A stretch of 64,000 bases of DNA, taken from the NCBI GenBank assembly GCA_905178155.1, contig CAJINV010000001.1, positions 1,228,606-1,292,605 on the forward strand, written 5' to 3'. Source of the DNA: Amoebophrya sp. A120 (taxonomy: Eukaryota; Protista; Dinoflagellata). Each line of letters begins with the position of its first letter. Positions within the stretch are counted from its first letter, which is position 1. The notes under the pieces are model-generated. The model ran no database searches. It saw nothing but the letters and a program-made list of their open reading frames with translations, and was not told where the DNA came from. Shown here in pieces: positions 1 to 11,339 of this stretch. A program made the translations under genes and the position numbers.

Positions 1-3000
1 ACGTGGCCTGTTCACGGTGGGGATCAAAACCTGCAAGTCTCTCCGACCGGGGATCCATACGAAACCGCCGCACTCACCGCACAGCGGTACTGCGACGCCA
101 ACCGGGGCACCTGCCAGGGATTCTATGTGTCGAAGATACCCCACCGCGGGTGGTGGGCTGCTTACGGACTTGGTGCGACTCACAGCTTTCGCTTCATTAG
201 GCCGCTCAGTAGCACGGACAAAATTCAATCGAGCCCGGAGACCTACAAGCCGCAGGTCGGCATGTCGACCGTGTCTGCCGCGTCCTGCTCTACCGGCGGT
301 GTGTATATCAGTGAGCACGGGGCTACTGTGGAATTTGACCTGTACGTGAGAGCGGTGGGTGCCTTGTCTTGCCCGGAGTGGGTTGAAGGCATCGAGAAGC
401 TGGCGGGGGGCACGGACGAAAAACAGGGCTGCGTTATCCTAGGCAAAAACGTCCCCACCCCAAAATCAAGAGAAATCTGCTAGACAAATCAGCCAGCTTT
501 GGTTGATGTCCTGCCTGACAATTTTGGCCTCGTAGCGTGTTCCTGTTTAGCTTCTTCAGCAGCATCACAGATCTAGCCTATCACCCTGATTGGAGCGCGA
601 CAAATTGCGAATCACGGCTAGAAGCATATAAATCGAATGCTTGCTTATGCTTCTCATGGGGCTCCACACGAGAAATATTTTTAGCATGCGCCTCTGCGTT
701 GCAGCTATAGGGTGGGGACGTTTTTGCATAGGATATGCGGACCTGCGTACCAGAACCGCGTGTGCAGCAACAAGGAGAATGGCTACTGCAACGAGGCGAC
801 GGGGCGGTGCGAGGCGACGCCCCCCACTGCGGACGCGGTCGGCCGTGCGTTCGCGGGCACGTACACGCGAACCGAACTGTGGGACTTTTATTCCTACCCT
901 GGCTGCACGGACACCTCTACGGGCTCGTTCACTCACGACGGTCAGGTGTTTGGGAACAAGTGGTTCACGGAGGCCTTTTACAACACGGGTCAGATGGTCC
1001 TGCAGACGGCCGAGGTCCTCAGTTGGGGGGTGTGCGACATCAACACGGACGATATCACAAGGAAAAGTCCCCCCTCTCCATATCAAAAGGAAGTTTCTGT
1101 TGCTGGACTTGCGGATACAAATCAGGTTTGTCTTGCAGTAGAGGACTGCAGGCTCCTGCCAAGCCTGAGTAGAGAGCTTTTGGCCTAGGCGCTTAGCATG
1201 AGAAACGACTATGCTGTAGGCCCAACAGCATCACAAACCGCCTGCATAATGCGGCAAAGCCTGTGGAGTTGTCTTCTTGCAAGACAGACGTGATTTGTGG
1301 TCTCAAAGCAGCAAGACAAATGTCCGGAAACATACTTTTTCGATATGGGGAGGGGGGATTTTTCCTCTCAATAGACGAGCGCGACGAAGTGGAGCGGCGG
1401 GTGGAGGTGCCCTTCGCGGCCGGCCTGCAGTCCATATGGATTGCAAATATGTCTGGGTCTGGAAGAGTACAAACTTGTGATGCGCATTTCAGAACACAGA
1501 AAAATCTCTGATGCATAGATAGCAAAAGCTGCCCACTTTCTGTCACCAAATGGGGCGACATTTGTCATGCGGATTCGGCATTGCGAACGCTTCTCGAAAC
1601 CTGTGTGATGCTAGAGCTTCCATGCCAAACCTTCTACGTCATGCAAAAACAGCATGAGTCCAGACCCAGACACTTTTACATTTGATAGTCCACCTGCGAG
1701 GGCGATTTCCCGGCGTGCTCCAACACCTGTCCCACCGCCTTCAATGGGGTCTGCGAGGATGGAGGCGCGGACGCGGAAGTTGCGGCGAACGCAGCCTTTG
1801 TCGGCGTGGACCCGCCCCGGTCAAAGGGCGGGAACCAGGTCGGCGCGGTATTACAATGAAAAATGCCCCCTCCCCATATCAAAACGGAAATCTGTGATGC
1901 AGATTTGGGGTCACAAATCAGCTTTGTGATGCTAGAAGGCAAAAGATGCGGACTGTAGTGCTGTCTAGCGTGGGAAAGCCTTGCAGCTCCAGGATGACAG
2001 GAGGCAACTGGAAGTGGGAAACAGCATGACAGATTACCTGCAATTTAGGCCGCAGCTTAGTCTCTTGGCCCTCTAGCAATACAAGTCCATTTGTGTACTC
2101 AAATACAGCATCACAAATTCGCGCATCTTCCGTTTCCGATATGGGGTGGGGGCTTTTTTCACTTTGATACGCGGTCAAGTTTCGCTGCCCCCGCGGTACC
2201 GACTGCGCGGACTGCGGGGTGCGCGCGGGCGTGTGGCGGCGCGTGTTCCACAGCCGCCTGGAGTGCGGGATGGACCCCGACCCGGTCACGAGCCAGGCGA
2301 GCATGAGCCAGGAACTGGAAACCGTCTTCGGGGGCACCAATCACGACACGTACGACTACTACGCGCGGGTGCGCATCTGCCGCCGGGGCGCGTGGCGGGT
2401 GCACCCACACCTGGAGGGGGAGTTTCCCGGGGACTGCCTGGAAACGCTGGCCACCCTGAACGTGGGGCACCACCTGGGCTCGTGGCCGGGCGTAGTGCCG
2501 GCCTTCCACGGGATCCAGGATGGGGCGCTCCCCCCCGCTTCGCCCACGGAAGTTTGCTCGGTGAACTGCCTCGCCGCGCACCCGGACCTGGGCAAGCTCG
2601 ACATGGGGGGGACCGCCGGCGCGGCCCAGACGCACGCGTACCAGCAGCCGGTGCACCAATGGCGCGCCAGCAAGCGGGTACGGCCCATGACCTTTGGCGC
2701 GAACGCGGACACGCTGATGAAGCATCTGGTGTACGACAAGAAGCAGTCGAGTCTGTACGAGAACGGCCTGTACGACGGCGGCTCCAGCAGCAGCCTGCGC
2801 GTCACGTACGGCTCCACCACGCAGTGCGCGGCCAATGTCCCCACCGGGTTTGCGGAGGCGGCGTGGGGCGTGACGGCCGCACCCGCGTTGCCGCTGCACG
2901 CCCCCGTTGACGCGGAGGACGACTCGGTCGCGGTCTACCTGTCCTGCCCCTCCGGGTACCCGGCCACCACCGCCAGCCCCCGCGCGAGCTGCACGGCAGC

Positions 3001-6000
3001 GGGGACCTGCCGTCCTGGGGAATTGATCGGCACCCTGCCGTGGTACGCGGAGGCTGCGGAGACGAAGTTTTATCTCACCTACCGGTACGACGCCTACCTG
3101 GGCACGACGGGAAACGATTGCGTGACGAACGCGGACTACGTGCGCGACACCATCGCCCCGAAGATCAAACAGGGGCTGGTACAGTTTGTGAAATCGCAGA
3201 CGTTTGACCAAACTTCTGGGGCAGTCGACAGTTACGTCTCCATGTACCACGACGCCGCCGCCGGCCAGCTCCTCGATGACGAGACCGCGATCTTTCCCGC
3301 GCTCTTTTCCCTCCGGTTCGACTCCACGTGCGAGAGCGTGAGCCTCGGCAACACCCCGGCGGCCCGCGAGTACTACGGCGTTCTGCATGTGGGCCCGTTT
3401 AACTCGGAGCGGGACGCGCTAGTTGTCAAAGCCGTCCTGGACGGCGCCTCGCAAGGCACCCCGCGGTACGTGCAGCGGCTGCACACGGCCGCGAAGTCCG
3501 CCGTGGAGACGCAGGTGGAGAGCGCCGCGCCCTCCCTGGCCTTCAGCCACGGTGTCACGGCGCTGCAGTCGAACGGGGTCGGGGACGTGCCGGCCTTGAC
3601 GGCGATTCCGAAGTGGGACGCGTCCGCCTACGACCCGGACCCGAAGTACGCGGCCTTCCAGACAAACGCGGCCGGGGTGGGCGACTACGCGGTTCGGTGG
3701 AAGCTCGGCCTGTTCATGCGGTTGCCGTCCGAGATTTGCCCGACGAGCGACGATTCAGGCGCCCGCGCGAAGCTCGAGAAGCCCCTCGCGTACGCGGTTT
3801 ACAACTTTTTGCGCGAGTTCGGGCAGGGGAAGAAGCAACAGGCGGGGAAGCCGGAGGCGGTCAGGGCGCTGAGCTACCTCACGCAGAGCGACGTGCGGCT
3901 TGCGGAGTGCGACTGCGAGGCGGTCGCCGCGGGAACCAAGGCGTGGCAGTTTTTCACCGTGGAAGTCTTTGGCCTGATAAACGGGGCGGACGCAGCGAAC
4001 CTGGCGGGCTTGTTCGCGCTCGCGGACGGCGTTGGCGCCTCCGAAACGGTGCAAAAAGCGTTGGTGCAGGGGTTGGAAGCCCACCTCACGACGTATCTCA
4101 GTGGTCTGGCCGCGGATATGTACCCCCCGGCGCTCCTGCCCGTGGTGCAGACTGACTTTAAGACTGGTGGCATGTTCGACTTTTACGATGCGCAAAGTTT
4201 CGGAAACACGGACGTTCAGAACCCCAGCGTGTACCAGCAGCTCGTCACCACCTCCACCTCGACCTATCACGCGCGAAAATTATGCTCTCACCGCGTGTGA
4301 TCGTACTTGTTGAAGGAGATTTTTTTTGATGTTGGAGCATTTGCATTTGCTTTTCGAAGAAATCTCTTGACAGGCCAGGTGGGCCACGACCCATTTACTT
4401 ATTACCTTCGAATGGCGAGCAGCTTTGTCCGGCTCCTACAACTAGTGGTTCGTGATTAGGATCGTGCATGTACAACACTGCCGACTTTGAAAGTGCCGAC
4501 TTCTTGAAATTCGGTAGGTGGTGATCGGTTTGTGGTCCTGTAGCTCCACTTTTGTACACAGTGGAGCATGAGGACCACAGGGCTATTACCACCAACGCGA
4601 GTTTATTGCGTGTGGTCTGGGGTAAGACTAGAAGTGAACTCGATTTGTTCCTTCGGGTATCATGGGGTGAGAATATTTTTTCGTGTGACATTATGAGTAC
4701 GACAACGACCACGACTACGACGACAACGGTACTGGCCATCACGACTACCACGACGACCACAGTAGGTGCGGGAAGCGGCAGCACAACGACCGGTGGAACC
4801 GGGAGTGGGAGCACAACGACCGGTGGAACCGGGAGCGGCAGCACAACGACTGGCGGCACCGGGAGCGGCAGCACAACGACCGGTGGAACCGGGAGTGGGA
4901 GCACAACGACTGGCGGCACCGGGAGCGGCAGCACAACGACCGGTGGAACCGGGAGTGGGAGCACAACGACTGGCGGCACCGGGAGCGGCAGCACAACGAC
5001 CGGTGGAACCGGGAGTGGGAGCACAACGACTGGCGGCACCGGGAGCGGCAGCACAACGACCGGTGGAACCGGGAGTGGGAGCACAACGACTGGCGGCACC
5101 GGGAGCGGCAGCACAACGACCGGTGGAACCGGGAGTGGGAGCACAACGACTGGCGGCACCGGGAGCGGCAGCACAACGACCGGTGGAACCGGGAGTGGGA
5201 GCACAACGACTGGCGGCACCGGGAGCGGCAGCACAACGACCGGTGGAACCGGGAGTGGGAGCACAACGACTGGCGGCACCGGGAGCGGCAGCACAACGAC
5301 CGGTGGAACCGGGAGTGGGAGCACAACGACTGGCGGCACCGGGAGCGGCAGCACAACGACCGGTGGAACCGGGAGTGGGAGCACAACGACTGGCGGCACC
5401 GGGAGCGGCAGCACAACGACCGGTGGAACCGGGAGTGGGAGCACAACGACTGGCGGCACCGGGAGCGGCAGCACAACGACCGGTGGAACCGGGAGTGGGA
5501 GCACAACGACTGGCGGCACCGGGAGCGGCAGCACAACGACCGGTGGAACCGGGAGTGGGAGCACAACGACTGGCGGCACCGGGAGCGGCAGCACAACGAC
5601 CGGTGGAACCGGGAGTGGGAGCACAACGACTGGCGGCACCGGGAGCGGCAGCACAACGACCGGTGGAACCGGGAGTGGGAGCACAACGACTGGCGGCACC
5701 GGGAGCGGCAGCACAACGACCGGTGGAACCGGGAGTGGGAGCACAACGACTGGCGGCACCGGGAGCGGCAGCACAACGACCGGTGGAACCGGGAGTGGGA
5801 GCACAACGACTGGCGGCACCGGGAGCGGCAGCACAACGACCGGTGGCACCGGGAGTGGGAGCACAACGACCGGCGGCACCGGGAGCGGCAGCACAACGAC
5901 CGGTGGCACCGGGAGTGGGAGCACAACGACCGGCGGCACCGGGAGCGGCAGCACGACGACCGGTGACACGACCGGGGGCGGCAGCACGACGACCGGTGAC

Positions 6001-8657
6001 ACGACCGAGGGCGGCACTGGAGCCGGAAGCACGGGTGGTGGTGCAAGTGGAGGTGGTAGCGGCAGCGGCACTGACGACGGGGGTACTACGTCGCCTCAGC
6101 TCCCCACACTGGGGGCCGTGCTCGAGGGAAACAGCTGGCTGAACCTCGAGTTCTGTGGGCGTGACGTGGACGACCTGTGTCGCGCGACGCCCGAGATCTG
6201 GCCTCCGGTGGCGAAAGCCCTCTCGGACTTTCTGGGCATCGACCGGGACCGCATCGAGTTGGTGGACAGCTCCTGCGACAGCTTGCTACCCGGAACCACG
6301 ATCCGCGTCGGCGAGACTCTGTCTCTGACCAGCAATGTCCTAAGCAGCGACTTGAGCGGCTTGTCCTTGTCGCTCCGCGAGCTGCAAACCCCCAGCCTTC
6401 CGGCGAGCCTCGCCAGCATTCCGGCGAATCTGCAGGCCGCCGCGACCTCGCAGACGGCGAATGCTCTGCAGTCCTCCGCCGCAGGAGCTCTGGCCGCCGC
6501 CAATATCCCGGCGGGAATTGAAGAAGCCCCCAGCTTTGCCGGCGTGACGGCCGTGGTCAAAGCCGCAGCAGAGGAGACTGTTGCGACGCCCGGGGTGACG
6601 GCCCGCATCCCAAGCGCTGAGGAGCTTCCCACACTGCTCACGCGTCTGCAGCTCACGGCCCCGACGAACCTGGACTACACTCTGCCTTCTTGCTTGGCCA
6701 AGTTCCAGCGGACGACCCTGATTGTGCCTTTCAAGTACCGCATCACCGGCTTTCCCACCACCGCGGAAGCGCATGCGGCGGCGAACCAGCTGTGCACCGC
6801 CGCAGCCGACTTGGCGGCTCAGGTCAGTGAAGCGGTAGGGATCCTCTGGGGCATGAACGAAAACTACCTGGGGCTGATGTTTGCAGCGCTGGGCAAAGCG
6901 TGCACCAATGTGGCGGAGCACTTTACCGTCAGCACGGCTCCCTACGGGAGTGTCGCGACGAACGACCTGGGCGGCGACGAGGACGCCGGGGTTTGGTTGG
7001 CGGTCGCCTTTGTGTCCGTCTTCGCCTTCCTGCTGTGTCTCGCGGGAGGGTACCTGTTGCGTTCCCTGGCCGAGTCGGAGCGTTCCCTGACGGTCTTGCA
7101 GGCCCAGCTGCGGGCGACGCAGCGCGCGAGTTCGGCGGGTTCGCGCGGTTCCAAGGGGTCGCACGGTTCCGTCGGGTCGGAGGGGTACTACGATTCGTAC
7201 GACCACGTGCCTGTGCCAATTCCGAAGGAACACCAGCATCATTTGAAGCATGCGGTACCCGTCTCCTCGGGTTCTGCGTACAACGCGAGCATGAGTGTGC
7301 TGGAGATGGCCGAGATGGTGGCGCAAGCGACAACGAAGTCGGTGGGAGACCGGCGTTCGGTGGTCGCACGGAAAAGCAAGGACCTCTTGGTCTACCCGCT
7401 GCCATCGAAACACAGCTTGGAATCGTTGATGAGTGAGCCCGACCGGCGCACGAGGCAACCCACTTCCAGAGCAACGGACGGCGTGGCCTCGATGAAGTCT
7501 CTCGCGCAGCGATTTGAATCGGTCAAAAAGAAGTCCCGGCCGCAAATGCAGGAACCGCCGCGGGCAACCGACCACTACGTGTACCGAGGGTCGCACTTGG
7601 AGCACGACACGTCCTCTGACGACGAGGACCCGAAGCGGCAAAGCAAGAAACACAGTCGTGCGGCCGATTCGGCGGAGAAAACTGCGTGGTCACCGAACAC
7701 GTTGCGAAAGAAACACATCAATCCGGGCAAGACGACTTCTGCGTTGTCCGCCGAACAAAAGCCCCGGGAAAGCGCGAATCATCGCGGGCAGGCCTACTAC
7801 ATGCGCCAAAACACCAGCACCATGAGACAAAAGCGGACGAACAAGTTGAAGAAGGCAGTGGGGATATCGCGAGGAAAAAGGATCCCTCCTGTCCCCATAC
7901 TGGAACGGCTTGCAGCTTCTGAAAATTTGCGATGCGAATTTGTAGGCACAACTCGTGTCTGTCTTGCAAGAAGGCAAATGATGCGGAAAGTTCGCCGCTT
8001 TTTGTTGTGTGCAGCCGGTTTGTGATCATGTTATTAGACCTTCAGGGTAGAAGACGTCTGCCATGGTAGTACTAAGTGCCTACCTGCTCAAAGCATCCCT
8101 GCCCAACAGCCTCTGGCGCTGCCTGCAGTCCTCTACTGCAAGATCGAAAGATGATTTGGGTGCACAAACCGTCCCGCATCACAGATTTCCGTTTTCAGTT
8201 GGGCCGGGGGGATTTTCCATTTCGATAGGCGACCGCGCGCGCATCCCCGAGGGGCGTGCGGAACTTCGGCGCGGGGCCGGAGGGTGAGTCGGGGGAAGAT
8301 TCCTACCAAGTGGATTTTGCCGCTTACGACGAACGTGCTGATGTGCTTCGAAGTACTTCTTTCCGTGGTGAAGATGACGACTGGTACTATGACGTTCCCG
8401 CGTTTGAGCCCCCTCGCAGAACAAGCAAGCGTGCCTTGTCGTCGCGCGTGCGTGCATCAAACGAAACGGAGTACTATGACGCGAAACGGAGTACTAAGAC
8501 GCGCGAAACGGCATACCATAGCGCAGACGAGGTGGCCGCGACACCGGAAGCCGTACCGCACTCTGCTCGCCGCAGCAAAAGCAGCAGGACCCCGCGAGCT
8601 CGGGGGCCCTCCAGCGAGCGTCTGGCAAGGTCAAAGAAGCAAGCAAATTACTCCTAA
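1..8657 (+). CDS. Large Cys-rich, mucin-like type I membrane/surface protein (5' partial), interrupted by 6 TIR introns
   Basis: Frame is continuous across exons <1-434, 741-1052, 1379-1434, 1693-1848, 2175-4264, 4696-7864, 8233-8657 after removing each element plus one 5-bp repeat. Contains CSNTCPTAFNGVCEDGG and CPRGTDCADCG motifs, a G/S/T repeat stalk and a TM segment VWLAVAFVSVFAFLLCLAGGYLL at about 6990-7060. Confidence 0.75.
435..735. mobile_element. TIR introner, family C
   Basis: TATCCTAGGCAAAAACGTCCCCACCCC...GGGTGGGGACGTTTTTGCATAGGATA; flanks tgcgt/tgcgg; removing 306 nt keeps frame. Confidence 0.9.
1053..1373. mobile_element. TIR introner, family A
   Basis: TATCACAAGGAAAAGTCCCCCCTCTCCATATC...GATATGGGGAGGGGGGATTTTTCCTCTCAATA; TSD gacga/gacga. 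Confidence 0.92.
1435..1687. mobile_element. TIR introner, family B
   Basis: TATGGATTGCAAATATGTCTGGGTCTGG...CCAGACCCAGACACTTTTACATTTGATA; TSD gtcca/gtcca. Confidence 0.92.
1849..2169. mobile_element. TIR introner, family A
   Basis: Family A TIRs, TAT...ATA ends, TSD cgcgg/cgcgg; junction reads VGAVKFRCPRGTDC. Confidence 0.92.
4265..4690. mobile_element. Degenerate TIR intron (TAT...ACA ends)
   Basis: Imperfect TIR tatcacgcgcgaaaattatgctctcacc / ggtgagaatattttttcgtgtgaca. No TSD is visible, but element+5 nt (431) joins the frames of ORFs 2219 and 4552 within a Thr/Ser run. Confidence 0.6.
4771..5970 (+). repeat. Coding tandem repeat, about 40 x 30 bp (GSGSTTTGGT), with a 60-bp higher-order unit
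   Basis: Directly visible; 16 identical 60-bp dimers at 4861-5820. Confidence 0.98.
7865..8227. mobile_element. TIR introner, family A (diverged)
   Basis: TATCGCGAGGAAAAAGGATCCC...GGGGGGATTTTCCATTTCGATA; flanks gggga/ggcga; removal joins to the ORF 8256 frame. Confidence 0.85.
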
Positions 8658-9123
8658 ACTAGTGCTGGCGGGCGGCGCCGGGACGCGACTTAAGTACTTT
8701 GAAGGATGAAATTGATATTTAGGAAAACCGAAATGAAGCAGGTGTTTATTATTTACCGTTACCGGCGACCATCAATTTTGACACTATTATTTTTATTTCT
8801 CGGGAATTTGAAAGAACGTACAAGTTAAATCATGGCTGTCTAATCATGTTTTGCATTTTTCAATCTACTTTGCTTTTTTCTCCGTATTCTTGTCATTGAT
8901 TGCCTAATCTTTTCGCTTTAAATTTGCACATAAAAAAATTCGTTTTTGTTTCTTCCTGTCGGTTGGATTACGTGGCAGGAAGAGGAGCTTTTGAGCTGGT
9001 TGTGTGAAACTAATTTATATTTATTATTTTGAGCACAACAAATGAGAATGTGAATTACGATGTTGACCACAGTGTAGAAGCATGACAATACCGTAACCAG
9101 CTCCAGGTCCAGCTCCTTTTTGT

Positions 9124-10131
9124 TTGTTTACATTGACCCGCGCCGGTGCGTCGGGGAGGGCAACAAGGAATCCGGAGCAACGTCGGGATTCTGGACGGGC
9201 AGAAAATGAGCCGAACCCGAAAGGGGCCGCCAACCAGCAGGAGCAAGATAAGGGATCGGTACCAGAACCGCCTCTCCAAAATGCAAAGCGACTGGAAGTT
9301 AAGGGGGTTTCGCGGGAGAAGCTGTTGGAGCTGCTGGCCAAGCAGGACCAGTGGGCCGACGCACAATGGGTTTTGAACCATGTTTACCAAAAATTGCGCA
9401 TCACGGGAGGGGACGTGAAGGCGTTGATTGGAGAGACCGTGATCCAGTTTCAGCGCCGCCGAAGAAAGGCCAACCCCCTCACCGCCGCCGAAAAGCAGGA
9501 ACTGAAGGACACACTCGAAAGAGCCCGGGACGGGCTGGCACACTTGCAGACTTCGTCGGAGTTCTCAACGCATGTACGCGACACGCTGGGCATTCCCCCA
9601 GCGAAACTTGGGGCGGCCTACGATCGGCGCCCGAACTGGATCTTCCGGGACGTCCAGGAGGGCCTATGGAACACAGAAACCGGAGGCGGAGTTCTGCAAA
9701 TACGAGAGTGCGGATCTGATGGGGCGTGCTTATGCCACAGCATCTGCTTCCAGCTGGGGAAGCGAACTACGTGGACGCCCGACGCCCTCCGCAGGGCGGT
9801 GGTCGAATATTTTGGCCAAAACAGAAAGGAAGAACACGCGGGGGGGAAAACGATAGAAGATATCCTGCTAGTGGAAGAACGACCAGCAGGGGCAACGGAG
9901 GGCAGCTCGATAGACGAAATTTTGGCGCTGCTCCGAGAGCGGCGCACCTGGGCGGGGGAAATCGAGATCACGGTGCTGTCGAAGCTACTCGGAAAGGACA
10001 TCCGAGTTTACACCCGCTGGCACGGGAAGGGAGGTCCCTCGCAACCTTCTGACCCGCCTGCAAAGACTGGCGGCACGGTATACACAAATCACCTTGATGC
10101 ATGTCCCCGCCCATGCCGGGTGCGAGGATAA
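9124..10131 (+). pseudogene. OTU-like cysteine protease domain ORF (no ATG start)
   Basis: SDGACLCHSI...LRRAVVEY...WAGEIEITVLSKLLGKDIRVY fit the OTU Cys box and WGG-E-like motifs; the His box is not seen. Confidence 0.7.
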
Positions 10132-10342
10132 CGAGGTGGCGGACTGCCTTTGCGACCTGGCCCACCACCACGCATCCCCGGAGGACGAAGAGACGGAAGC
10201 GCCACCGCTGTCGCATGAAGAACTGAAAGCAGCGGTGGGGCACTTACTCGAAGAGGACGAGCAGGCCGCCCTTCGGGACCTGCGTGCGGAATCCTCCCAG
10301 TCGTGCCGCATCCTCCTCGACCTGCAGTGGAACCAAGCATGA
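10094..10342 (+). pseudogene. RNase H C-terminal fragment
   Basis: HVPAHAGCEDNEVADCL matches the RNase HI motif (W/H)VPxHxGxxGNExADxL; N-terminal catalytic part is missing. Confidence 0.7.
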
Positions 10343-11339
10343 CAATACCGTAACCAGCTCCAGGTCCAGCTCCTTTTTGTTTGTTTACATTACATTCTAC
10401 TTCTTTACATTACATAGCTTTGTTTGTTTGTTTACATTACATAGCTGCCGGACCAGAAAGTTCACAGAGGGTCGCTTCACACTCTTGCTCGTCCGTACAA
10501 TCGTTTGAGTGGATCGCTTTCCAGGTGTCACGATCAAAAATCGAGCGTCACGAACCCCAGACACAGGGCAGAGAGTGTCTGCGGAAACAAACCAGTTCAG
10601 TGCGCCTTTCAGTAGTAATCCCCTAAGGTCTGGTCTGCTAATCCAGGCGGTAGGAAATTCATATTATCGCACTTGGTTTCTAAACATTTTCTCTTGACCT
10701 ACGACGGTAGTCCGTCTAATAGTTATCCCATTACTTAGGTGGCGCCGCTTGTGGTTGTCACGAGGTGGCTCGCACCTCCCTGGAGTGAGAGAAGGTTCGT
10801 TACCAGGCTTCAGCACCTTTCGTCTGGCTTGGGCTCCTGGTGCTGCGTTCACCGTTGGGAGTATAATAACATAAGAACATAAGCCTGGCTGCACTGGCAG
10901 CCGACCTTACGCGCACCATCAGAAGTGCGGAACTGGCCGGCCTTTGTGGTGTCTCACCATCAGAAGTGCGAACCACGAGGGCCGGGGCGTGCCACCTATC
11001 ACTATCACTATCACAAAGTGAATCGTGTATGTATGTATTACATAGCTGCCAAAAAGTGCGACCAGCTGCGACGATTATGTGGTGTTCGTCTCTATCCGCA
11101 ACAGTTGGTGACAGCAGGATGCCCACGACTTGGCGGTTTGACGCCAACGGATCAATGATTCTGTGCCACTTTTTAGTGCGATGGAGAATGCTTGCGCTTG
11201 TAATGCCTTGGGAATTTCTTTCTTCCTGCCATGATCTTGATCTTTTGGTAAAAATATAATAAACGCTCTGCAAAGCGCGTTCTCGTGGGCGGTGGTCCAA
11301 TTATTATTTTTTTGCGCGTGGTGACATACAACGTATGAG

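Larger units (their letters stand above)
9078..10391 (+). mobile_element. Internally deleted retroelement-like remnant bounded by 57-bp perfect direct repeats
   Basis: Identical 57-mers at 9078-9134 and 10335-10391 enclose an OTU-like ORF and an RNase H C-terminal motif; a TTTACATTACAT-type tail follows. Confidence 0.65.

Noticed and set aside
435-1373. TA target duplication (Tc1/mariner-like) or GT-AG reading of element ends
   Set aside because: Those removals put downstream exons in the wrong frame; only element+5 nt works consistently.
4771-5970. CRISPR-like periodicity
   Set aside because: No unique spacers and no cas genes; it is an in-frame coding repeat in a eukaryotic gene.
4395-6142. 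Long alternative-frame ORFs (558, 433 and 458 aa)
   Set aside because: Shadows of the stop-free 30-bp tandem repeat.
9091-9110. ccgtaacca resembling the dinoflagellate spliced leader
   Set aside because: Match is too short, and the TTTTGGCTCAAG part is absent.
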